A stretch of 62,637 bases of DNA, filler included. It is 10 parts of 10 records of this genome, joined end to end, with 100 filler letters (N's around TTAATTAATTAA, not from the genome) between each part and the next. Parts side by side here need not be neighbours in the genome. Positions count along the whole stretch, not along the records: positions 20,537 to 29,133 come from SRR15195285_1770; positions 29,234 to 33,825 come from SRR15195285_1771; 8 more parts are not named here. One strand, given 5' to 3'. The number at the start of each line of letters is the position of its first letter. Positions within the stretch are counted from its first letter, which is position 1. Below the pieces are notes generated by a model. The model had not been told where the DNA came from. It did not search any database and saw nothing but the letters and a program-made list of their open reading frames with translations. A program made the translations under genes and the position numbers. Of the stretch, positions 23,801 through 33,925 are shown piece by piece.

Positions 23801-26123
23801 GACACGCTGTATCTTCAAGTATCAAGCGAGGATATTCGACAGCTGCTATCGTGTCTAGTGCAGTCAATTCATCCGGTGTTGCCAGGCGAATCTGTGCGAT
23901 CAAGCCTGGACGATGACAATGGCGCTATTCGTGAAGCGGTAAACGCTTGGCTTGCAGAGTACCGCGGGCACAGCCCCGAGGAGCTCCAAAATATTATCAA
24001 AGGGAACTTTGCCAAACGCACTCAGGACAAGGTTGACGAACTGCGTTCCCGACAGCCTGCGCAAGAGTTTGGACTGGAGCACGTATTAGAGCTGTTCACC
24101 ACAGTGCTCGACGAGCTGGTTGATATAGTCGATGCAGTGCTGCTTACTACGGATGACGACACAGGCGAGTCGATTGAAATGGCACTTGTACACTTCCACA
24201 TCACCACCCGCCACAAGCTACTCGAGGAATCTACGAAACAACTCTGTGACCCGGAACGAACTGTGATGGATTCAGGATGCAATGTGGTCGTAGACAAAAA
24301 CAATGTTGCCCAGCTTCTCAGATGGATCGCGGATTATAGTTCCCGCATGGAGTCTCTGGGCGTGACTATTCAGTGGAACTCAAAGAAAACGGACACCGAC
24401 GCAGAGATACAGTCAACTGCTACAGTGATCGAGCCACTGCAGTTCTGGTGTCAAAATCCAATGGCTGAATTCGTTGAAGTTCAGAGAATTGCTTTCTCCG
24501 AGTGGCTGGCAAACCTTGACAAGGTGCAGCAGCAGAGGCAACAGGAAGGCCGAGCAGGCACTAGCCTGCCGATGGACCTCTTCAAGATGATTCACCAGAC
24601 CACACGCACTGCAGCTGAATCTGCTTCGCAGTGGATGTTGGTCAATACGGTGATGGGAGTGATTATCCCACAGGTGCGGCTTTGGGCCTCTGACTTTGAA
24701 GAGCAGCTGACAGTCACTAATAAGTCCCCAGAGTATTTCTGTGCGTGCATGAACGACATGTATGAATCGCAGCGATTATTCTGCGACTGGTCTGACGAGC
24801 TTGAAACACGAATTTCAATGCCCGAGATGATGTCTGATAATGAGGCCAATGAGCTACAGGTTGACTCTGTATCAACAGCGATCCGAGCAATCTTGAACGC
24901 GGCAACTGAACGGCTTTGCGAAGTACTCTTTGCTAGTGACGGCATGGCTGAATTTCTGGAAGCGCTGATGTATTCAAACAGGCGTCATCCAGCATCCGCG
25001 GGGATTCCCGACTGGCCAGGGGATCAGATGATTCGACCTATGTTGGACAATCTCCGCAGCCGCTGCGGTGAAATGGACGGTTGGCTCACACCTCGTATGT
25101 TCAAGCGGGCTTCGGACCAGCTCATGGCGACATCTATCCAGACGTATGAGCAGCACCTGCTGATGATGTCTCGCGCGCCGACAGTTAGAGGATGGGGTGG
25201 ACGGCAAGGCCACAGGCGTACTCCAGCGGTGCTTGGGGCCTTTGTAAGCGCAGATGTTGAACACCTGCAAGAATTTTTTGTCGAGCGGTTGAATTTGAGG
25301 GAACCAACGGTTCGCACCGCCCTACAAAGAATTGAGACCATTTCCCAACTTCTGAGCTGCGACATGGAAAACTTCGAAGCAGAGGTACAGAAAGCTGCAA
25401 TCTTCCCTGAATTTACCGTTGATACAGTGCAGTCCATCCTCGAGGCACGTAAGGACGTCGAGCAGCAAACGTTGCGGAATATAGTGCGTCGCTCAAGGTC
25501 GACCATTAAGGAAATTCACGAGGCGATCAATCCGACGTTGCCACGAAGGCCTGCAGGTGGCCCCATCATTGCTCCGCGTACCGTAGCATCGCAGCCTGAC
25601 GATGGCTCCCCTGCAGCCACACCAAGGGTTATTGCGTCGTATTCCTACAAGAAGCGAGAAAGCGACGATCTTTCATTTGAACCAGGTAAGTCGACCAATA
25701 CATTTTCCCACACGCACACGCACCCACACGCACGCCATGAATTCGTTGACAGGCAGTAGGCGACGAACGTGCGACTGACGAAATACCATGAAACGACCTG
25801 CGCATTTCTCCTTCTCATGTGCTGTCCAAATTGCGTTGCCCGCTGCGACCACTGCAGGGGACATAATTGTTTGCGTTGAGATAACAAGAAGTTGGTGGAG
25901 TGGCTACGTCGAGGTCCGCGACGGTGAGACGCTGGTCGAGCCCGGCGCAGATGCAAAGAATTGCGATATCGGACTCTTTCCTCCAAATTTCACAAATGAT
26001 ACAGGTGGCTGGAAGCGGCCTGCTCCGCAGCTGCTCGGTCCACCTCCAACCGATCAAGGATGTGCCGCATGTTGTGGCAGCAGTCGGCGCAATTTGCGCA
26101 AGAGCGCCAGGGGAGAGGATTGA
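20854..26123 (+). CDS. Multi-PH-domain protein with Sec6/EXOC3-like helical region and C-terminal SH3
   Basis: PH motifs SGFLEKL..KWQRRWFAL, YRGQLHKK..WSKRYYALGDGCLRYF, YTGWIQQQ..WNRVWLII; TSLPMDLFKMIHQ and YFCACMND (Sec6-like); spliced SH3 VIASYSY..DDLSFEPGDII..WWSG..GLFPPNF; GT-AG introns near 20968, 21249 and 25686. Confidence 0.75.
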
Positions 26124-26202
26124 GATGCTCACGAAATGCATGGATGATTTCACCTTGCGCGCCGAGTGCAGTTGTTCAATGACGACTGACCCTTGCAGCA
26201 GT

Positions 26203-29133
26203 CTAACGTGGAGGCGCCTGGTGCAGACCATCAATGAACGTCCGCTCGTCCCACTTCCACCGCTCACGTAATGCGAGCAGCTTTCGCCGCGCATCCATCT
26301 CCAACGCTGGTTGCCACACGTCGATAATCAGCACCAGGCGTGGGGTCGTGGCATTGTTCCACACCTCATGCTCAAAGCTCTCGTCAAAGATTAATGCCTT
26401 GCCTTCCACCCACTGTGACCTGGTACTCCCAACCCGGATCTGCACAGCTGCTGACTCTGTGGGCACGACGAGGCCCAAGTGCAAGCGCAATCTCAGATTG
26501 TGCGGTCCCACATGAGAAATTATACGAGCACCTGGTGCTAGCCACGAAAATTTCACGACCCCCGCTGCATTAATCAGTGGATCTTCTCCAAGCAAATTGG
26601 CCACCACCTTCATCGTGTGCGGGAAATTCTCCCATGCGGTTGGATTGGCTAGCCGCCCTTCGTCAAGCAAGCGTATTTCGCTCCACAACCCACGTCCAGA
26701 TGCCTCCGCACTGTCCACACTCGACCCTACGTTGTGTGCAGGTATCCCAGAGGCCACGGGGAGAACACGCCGAGCAAGCGCGCCTGGTGCTTCCGTAACC
26801 ACCTCTGCTGACAAACCAAGGAGACCTGTAGGCGTGCTTCCGAACGTGGACTGAGAAGTCGACTCCGGGGGATGAAAAGAAGTTCGTGCTTTCTGGTCAT
26901 GCGTAGCAAGAGCTGATAGCACTTCGTCACGAATCGCCATCCACTCCTTCTCAAGTTTGGCAACCCAGTGTTCATCCGTGCTGAGGTCCACATCTGCCTG
27001 CACTGCTGCTGCCGCTGCATCGGCCGCGGGTAGTAGAGAAATCTTGCTTGGGTCATGGAACTCCTGCGTGGGCAAACCGCGCAAGAACCGTTCAGGTCTC
27101 TGCAATACAGAGCCCCACGCAACCCCGTTCTGTAGGGCAATCTCGTACACCTCGAGCTCTTTTTCTCGGTCTCCAGCGTCAGCGTGGATCTTACCCCATG
27201 TATGATACACTTTTGGCCAGGTGGGAGCGCTACTGACTGCATGTTTGAGGTGCTCAATGGCCTCTGCTTGTTTAGTTTCGCCGTCACTCCGCGCCAAAAG
27301 CATCGCGAGGTTGTTGCGCGCTGCTGCATGCTTTGGATCAGAGTCGATGGCACGTTTGAACGCACCAATTGCGGCATCAGGAGCTGCGCTCAAGTGTGAC
27401 TCTTCGTCAGGACGACTTTCTGTAGCGTCTATCTTCTTGATCGCTAGACTCAGTGCAACACCCTGTCCAAACTCGGCATCTGCAGAATTTAGTTGGTACA
27501 GGTCGGCAATCTGGACTCCAGCATTAAAATGCGCGGCTGCTTCTACTGGTGTCTGTCTCGCCAATGCGTCAAAGCCCTGCCGAATCTGCTGGCTGAGCAG
27601 TACGTTGCCGAGAGGCGCACGGGCGCCAACACGAGAGAGCTTAAACAGCGAAAGACCTCCTGCACGCCACTTGTGTGGCTCAACCAAGTTGATCATCTCC
27701 ACTTGCACTTCATCTGCGCCCATATAGTCACGTTCTACCTCCCCGTCGGAATCGGTCTGGTTAGCCCTCAAGTCTGCGTTGGCTGCTGCTTGTATTCGGC
27801 TTCGCAGCTCATCTACACCATTTGACCATGGTATGTCTTCGCCAAAGCCTTGCCCAAAAAAGCCGTGCGTAAACTGCACTGCAAAGTAGCCCTGGTCCTT
27901 TTTCAGAAGCGGTACATAGGCGTCAATGAAATTGTGGAGCAACCCAGCGTCTTGTCGGCCATGTCCGTCAGACCCAAACCATACAAGATCCACTGCAGAA
28001 TTGAGACTATCAGAGAGATCGGTTGCAAATCCAGACACATCGTCTCGAGCAACATGGTGCAGCTCCAGCAGGGAGGTTTCGAGACCAAGTTGACTAAGTG
28101 CCTCAGGAGCTTTCGGCACGTCATCTCCACTGTGAATACAGTGCAATACGGGCGTGAGATTGTTCTGTCGTAACCGTGCGATGCTGTTGGTGGTTGCTGC
28201 CGATCCTTCTGGACCCATCTCCGCTTCGAAATACCACGGACGCAAGTAGTTGGACGGCACATCAGCTGCGGCATCTTCCGCTTCGCGCGCAAAGTCAATC
28301 GCGTTGTCAGCAAGCGCCTGCAGCAAGAACGGAGTAACGTAGCTTCCCCCACCACGTTCAACCACTCTTGTCGGCCGGATCATCCGCAACAGAGATCCCA
28401 GAAATGGTGCGACGTGCTCGTCGCCATGCTCGTGGCTGTAGAGCGGGCGGGCGGCTCCATCGAACTCTGGCGACGAATGCAGCCCAATTCTCACGGCTCC
28501 GCGTCGCGTCTGCTGCCTGGCCTCCAGCGCTAGTGGGAGGTTCGAAGGCTCCAGCTGCGCGGCTTCCGACCACTGCGCCGGTGTAAGAGGAGGCTGCGCT
28601 GTAGAACGTATCGTCTGCACTGCCGCCTTCTGCATTGCCTGCAGGATGGCTGCATCTGCGCTCGGCATCAGTGAGTGCCCATCAGCCACGGTCTGCTCGA
28701 TGAAGGCTGTCGCCGCCGCAGGAAGGTCTGCGACGGTGCTGAATTGGAGTGTGTAGCCGATGGCTGGCGACACCTCAAAATCCTGCTGCACCGGAAGAGC
28801 CGGCAGCACATGCCGCAGCGGACCAGACGAGTCTGGCGCCGCCCACTGGATGAACTCCGTCGGAGCTGCAGTAGCGACGGGCTGTTTTCTGTATCGGCGC
28901 GTGCCAAGTGGAGGCAACTGCAACGGCACGTCGTCCTCCTCATCGTCCTCCTCATCTTCGCCGCCAGCTCTGTGCACACTCGAAGACTTCGTGATGCTGC
29001 CCACTGGGACGATCAAGGGCCTGCCTGTCGGGACGACCACAGGGCCGCCGACACTGACCTGCGAGGGCGACGACGCCGGTAGATCCAGCAGAAGCAGCAC
29101 CGCCACCGCAGGCAGCACCGCAGGCAGCACCGC
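26203..29133 (-). CDS. Secretory-pathway aspartyl/asparaginyl beta-hydroxylase-like 2OG-Fe dioxygenase with TPRs and a methyltransferase-like domain; start in gap
   Basis: Signal-like AVAVLLLL; TPRs (AIGAFKRAIDSDPKHAAARNNLA); FSWLAPGARIISHVGPHNLRLRLHLGL, WVEGKALIFDESFEHEVWN, RLVLIIDVWQP. Confidence 0.85.
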   Translation of the reverse strand, partial: AVLPAVLPAVAVLLLLDLPASSPSQVSVGGPVVVPTGRPLIVPVGSITKSSSVHRAGGEDEEDDEEDDVPLQLPPLGTRRYRKQPVATAAPTEFIQWAAPDSSGPLRHVLPALPVQQDFEVSPAIGYTLQFSTVADLPAAATAFIEQTVADGHSLMPSADAAILQAMQKAAVQTIRSTAQPPLTPAQWSEAAQLEPSNLPLALEARQQTRRGAVRIGLHSSPEFDGAARPLYSHEHGDEHVAPFLGSLLRMIRPTRVVERGGGSYVTPFLLQALADNAIDFAREAEDAAADVPSNYLRPWYFEAEMGPEGSAATTNSIARLRQNNLTPVLHCIHSGDDVPKAPEALSQLGLETSLLELHHVARDDVSGFATDLSDSLNSAVDLVWFGSDGHGRQDAGLLHNFIDAYVPLLKKDQGYFAVQFTHGFFGQGFGEDIPWSNGVDELRSRIQAAANADLRANQTDSDGEVERDYMGADEVQVEMINLVEPHKWRAGGLSLFKLSRVGARAPLGNVLLSQQIRQGFDALARQTPVEAAAHFNAGVQIADLYQLNSADAEFGQGVALSLAIKKIDATESRPDEESHLSAAPDAAIGAFKRAIDSDPKHAAARNNLAMLLARSDGETKQAEAIEHLKHAVSSAPTWPKVYHTWGKIHADAGDREKELEVYEIALQNGVAWGSVLQRPERFLRGLPTQEFHDPSKISLLPAADAAAAAVQADVDLSTDEHWVAKLEKEWMAIRDEVLSALATHDQKARTSFHPPESTSQSTFGSTPTGLLGLSAEVVTEAPGALARRVLPVASGIPAHNVGSSVDSAEASGRGLWSEIRLLDEGRLANPTAWENFPHTMKVVANLLGEDPLINAAGVVKFSWLAPGARIISHVGPHNLRLRLHLGLVVPTESAAVQIRVGSTRSQWVEGKALIFDESFEHEVWNNATTPRLVLIIDVWQPALEMDARRKLLALRERWKWDERTFIDGLHQAPPR

Positions 29134-29822
29134 NNNNNNNNNNNNNNNNNNNNNNNNNNNNNNNNNNNNNNNNNNNNTTAATTAATTAANNNNNNNNNNN
29201 NNNNNNNNNNNNNNNNNNNNNNNNNNNNNNNNNTCCTCTATTGCTGAGACCTCGCGCACGACAAGATCAATTGCCCCACTCACATTGTTCCTGTGCCAAT
29301 GTGCACGCATCTACACCCGTATATTTGTCCACAACGTTGCGATTAGCATTGCGTCCGATGGGCTCGCTGAAAGCCGACGCCGATGCAGGATCATAAGTTT
29401 TGACGCACCCCTTGGTGCTGTCGTAGTGTTGAAAATAGATCCATATGAGCCGGTAGTCACATGTACTCTCGTATACATACACACGCGGCCGTATCCTCAA
29501 AGTGGCCGAGCTCCAAGAGAGCCATCGCGCAGCGTTGGCCGCGTGGTCGAAGCTCGGCCGCGCGGTCGCCATTGAACTAGCGTCAGCCCCCGATCGTCGC
29601 GCCACCTGTGGCGACATGCTGGCTGCGTCGCGCATCGAACATGACAAGAGGACAGGCTGAACAAGCAACAATCACGAATCAGAGTCAAGGAATTTCATGG
29701 GAGACTCTTCATGCAGACCGTTGCCAACGGCGTTGGCATGCAACCCCTTACACCGGCGGCGGCGCACCGGCGGCGCGTTCTCCACGCAGCTCTGTACAGT
29801 CTGCAGAGGGGTACGTACCGCG

Positions 29823-32800
29823 ATGGCGCTGCTGCTGCTGCTCTCGGCTGCTGCGGCACTGGCGCTGTGTCAGGGCGTGGCTGCGCTGCCGCCCAACTTC
29901 ATTCTGCTCATGAGTGACGACACTGGCTGGGGCGATGTGTCGTACAACAACGTCAGCGAGCGGATCTACAACCCTGGCGCTGGCGGCGAGAAGTTCGTCG
30001 TGAACCCACCCCGCACTCCCGAGCTCGATGCAATGGCCAAGTCCGACAACTCAATCCTGTTCCATCGCTTCTACGCCGGCTCCGCGGTGTGCAGCCCAAC
30101 GCGTGCGAGTGCTCTCACGGGACGCACGTCGACGCGCGAGTGCATCGACGGCGCGGAGGGTTGCGGCCAAGAGCCGGCGTGGAGCTGCGGCGACAGCCTG
30201 CCGCTCAGCCCACGCACCTTCACGATCGCAGAGGCTGCGAAGAAGAAGGGATACGCCACCGTCCACATTGGCAAGTGGTGCGTGATTACTTGCCTTCCTT
30301 ATTCTGTGCAGCTGTGTCTGCCGATCATTGCCAAGCCTGCGCTGACCTTGTGCTGGTGCCCCAAACTGGCTGGTCGCATCAGGCACTTGGGAAATTTTTT
30401 CCCAAAGCCCGGTGTGACTAAGAACAACTGGGCAAACAACAAGTGGCCAACCTCGTCGCCGCGCACTCACGGCTTCGACGAGTGGCACTCCACTGAAGCA
30501 TCCGCCTCCTCCTCCATGTGCAACTGTGGCTGCGATCCGGACTGGGCGTCCTCATCCGGCGGCGATCCGGGCTCCACGCAAGGCATCGGTTGCATCACGG
30601 GCGGCGGAAACTTCAGCTCAAAAGCCTACCCCTGCACCAACTACTGGGCACCGGTAGACCTCTCTTCTACGCACACACCGATGAACCCCGCCTGTGAGAG
30701 TGCACTCAACGCCACGCTGGGCGGCTGCACAGCCAACATGACGTCGAAGATAATGGGCGATGACAGCATGCTCATGATGGACCTGTTTGAAGACTTTTTG
30801 ATCAGAAAGGCACCTGGCGGCAAAGAAGAGTCTCCTTTTCTCGCGGTGCGCCTGCTAACTTTCGCGCTGCCTTCCCAGCATCACCATGAATCTCGATCCA
30901 CCAGCAAATGACTCCGGCGCGTGTGCGTGCAATTGGCTCGGGCGCGCAGGTACTCTGGCTGCACACCAACCACATGCCGCACCCGTCAATGCCCGAGTGG
31001 TTTCATGCCTATGAGGACGCAAACGGTCAGCCTGCGGGTGACTACCTCGGAACGCTCTCCCAGATGGACCACCAAATCGGCCGGCTGCGTGCGATGCTGA
31101 AAACACACAATGTGGCTGACAACACCGCACGTAGGTCAATCAGATCTACTTGCTTCCTTGGTACCGCCCTGAATCTAACACGGAAGGTGCTCCGCGTTCA
31201 GTGTGGTTCACTGCTGATAATGGGCCGCACACCTCCAGCGGTGGAGGATGCTCAGGCCCATTCGCTCGGTCTTCCAATCAGGCGACAAACGGGCTTCGCC
31301 AATGCAAAGCGAGTCTTTTCGAAGGAGGCATCCGAGAGCCAGGAATCCTGGAATGGCCAGCGATGATCAAGGTAAGATTCGCTGGTGCAATTTACTTGTG
31401 AACGTGCAATTACGATTGCGAATATTGCTATCTGACCCATCGATACTCGGTTGTGCACCGTTTTCCAGGCACACCGCGAGACTACGTTTCCTGCCTACGT
31501 CAGCGACTACCTGCCTACGTTTCTGGACGTCACCGGCATAGCGCACGAGGAGCCAACCTGGGCAGCGGATGGGATCAGCTTGATGCCCTTCATCCGCCAG
31601 ACACAGGAACAGACTGCAGTTGATGTCGTGGCGTGCGTGATGGTGGCCTTCCGTCGTTTCTAGCATTCTTTCAGCTGCTGTGCTTCTCAGAATTCCTGCT
31701 TACCCTTGTCTGATACTGTCGTGATACGCTGTGATTGACATGCCTGCTCCTTCGATTGCAGTAACCGCACTAAGCCACTTGGTTTCCAGCTCGGCGGACA
31801 GCAGGCGTGGATCGACAACGAGTGGAAGGTGGTGCGCAACCCGTCTAAGGGTCAGTGCAAAACGATGCTACCACCATACAATGGCAGCGGTGCCAAAGGG
31901 ACATTCATGTTCAACCTCGTGACGGATCCAACGGTGCGGCTTGCTCACCATTCGAAGTTGGCATGATATTTCCTGGTTTCAGATGTCGTTATCTGTGCTG
32001 CTCACAGGAAAGCCACGACTTGTCCAGCGATCCAGCACACGCCAGCCGATTCGTAAGTTGTCTGACACAAGCCAGTGCTATATCGATCCGCCACTTCGGT
32101 CTCATGGTTGCTCAAATTTTCAACGACAACCACCCCGCAGGCCACAATGACTGCGGCGATGGATAAGTGGAGCGCGACGATCACAGTCTCCCAGACTACC
32201 GAGTCAGAGTGCGCGCAGCCAGGATCTGGACCGAGCCCCAGCCCCAGCCCCAGTCCCTCGCCTGTGCCACCGCAGCCACCCAGTACGGGCTTTACGCTGA
32301 AAGTAAACGACGGCACCGGCCGGTATCTGACGCTAGATGGACTTGGACAACACGCGAAAGCACACCTTGCGGATAAGGCAGATGGTGGCTCCAAGTGGCT
32401 TGAAGGGCCCGACTCGATCACAAACGAGGGAGCTGCGACGGCTGAGTTGACCAACGCGGCCCCATCCTTATCAGGCGCGGATGTACTCAAGGTGGACCTA
32501 ATGGATCACAAGGGCGACGGTTGCGTGAAGAGCAACATCATCTGTGAGTGCAGAGCGACTCCATTTAAAGCCTAGCAGTCTAGTCTGCCTGCCAAGGTAT
32601 GCCTAGTGCAGCTGGCACCGTCTCGTGTGTGTGTATTTCTGTGCGTGCACCTTGATTCTATGCGTCAAGTGGAAATACTGATGGATGTATTTCACGCGGT
32701 GGTGGGTCCAGGGGTGGGAAAAACAGGTGGGGGGAACAGCTTCAGTCTCGTTGCAGCCAGCGGTGGTTTCATGGTGCATGCCAACGGAGGGTGCGATATG

Positions 32801-32881
32801 TGTGCAGTCGAGGGCACGGAGATGCCTGACGTCGTTCTCGGGAGCTGTGACCGTGCCCTCGTCTTCACGCGATCGTCCTGA
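29823..32881 (+). CDS. Secreted formylglycine-dependent (S1) sulfatase with Pro/Ser linker and C-terminal accessory domain, multi-exon
   Basis: Signal peptide; PNFILLMSDD.GWGD; CSPTRASALTGR (CxPxR); spliced GKWHLG and DNTALWFTADNG; KASLFEGGIREP; FNLVTDPTESHDL. Confidence 0.92.
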
Positions 32882-33094
32882 GCAACGGCACTTGTCAGAG
32901 TGCAGCACTCTAATGAATGCGCCCCACGAGCAACAGATGAAAGACATTCATTGATTAACACGGCTCTGTGTGCCCAGCATCTCAGACACCGACACAACAA
33001 AAGAGCTGCGGTAGGCGCAGTCGAGTCTGCCAATACGGCCCCACAACCTAATTCTAACGGTCGGGCCACGCCGAAATCATTATCTTGATCACGT

Positions 33095-33681
33095 TCAGCA
33101 TGAAGATAAATCCGTCATTGCGCGCGGTTGAATGATGGCGCGCTTGAGTGCTTCTCTCAGCTTTACTACACTGCCACTCTTATGGTCCCCCTTGCGTAGT
33201 GGTCCGATGTACGAGGTGTACGCCTTCCTTGCTGCACTCTTGTCCATTTTGTCGACATCGAGGCAGGTTAGCGCGACGAAAATTGGAACTAGTATCTTCT
33301 GATTGTGCGCGTAGTCCGTCAAATCACGAAAGCGGCCACGCAGCACTTCTCTCACCACTTCCTTACAAAAGCCTTAGCACCTGCGGCCGCGAGGTCGGCC
33401 GCGCTGAAGCCGCGGTTGCAGCCGTCTTGCCACAGCACCCTTCCAGGACGGCAAGCGAGCTCGATGATGAGAACGTGGCCGGCGTCGGTGATGCCAGCTG
33501 CGTTGAGCTTGAACGCGATCCCGGCCAGCGCCATCTGCAGGTCCGAGGTGGTGTACACCTCGTGCCCATCGCCATGATAGGACGATGCCAGCCAGGCGTT
33601 CCCGGCGACGCCGAGGCGCCGCAGCTCGTGCTGGCAAAGCAGCCCGTGCTCCTCGGTAGGATCCTACAGCTGCAGATCCAT
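33095..33681 (-). pseudogene. Possible disrupted gene (in-frame TAG at codon 6 and an apparent 1-nt frameshift near 33365)
   Basis: ATG GAT CTG CAG CTG TAG then coding-like DPTEEHGLLCQHELRRLG...AGAKAF; continues in another frame as CKEVVREVLRGRF...; no family recognised. Confidence 0.3.
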
Positions 33682-33925
33682 TTCAGACAGAGGCAACGTC
33701 CGCGCGCGCGCCGCGGCCTGCACGCGTACTGTCCAGGCAATCGCCGTCCGGTCCCAACCGCGCGCGCAGACGCTTTAGCAAGTCGTACTTGTTTACTGCA
33801 TATGTTTGAGTTTTTCATACTACGCNNNNNNNNNNNNNNNNNNNNNNNNNNNNNNNNNNNNNNNNNNNNTTAATTAATTAANNNNNNNNNNNNNNNNNNN
33901 NNNNNNNNNNNNNNNNNNNNNNNNN

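Noticed and set aside
29267-29671. 134-aa minus-strand ORF upstream of the sulfatase
   Set aside because: No recognisable domain or convincing start; cannot be supported as a gene
31127-31201. Apparent GC-AG intron in the sulfatase (and near 21257 in the PH gene)
   Set aside because: Canonical GT donors a few bases away (gtaggt, gtgcga) restore the correct frame
33664-33666. Stop-codon reassignment suggested by the in-frame TAG
   Set aside because: TAG, TAA and TGA all terminate well-supported genes in this window and no conserved gene has internal stops
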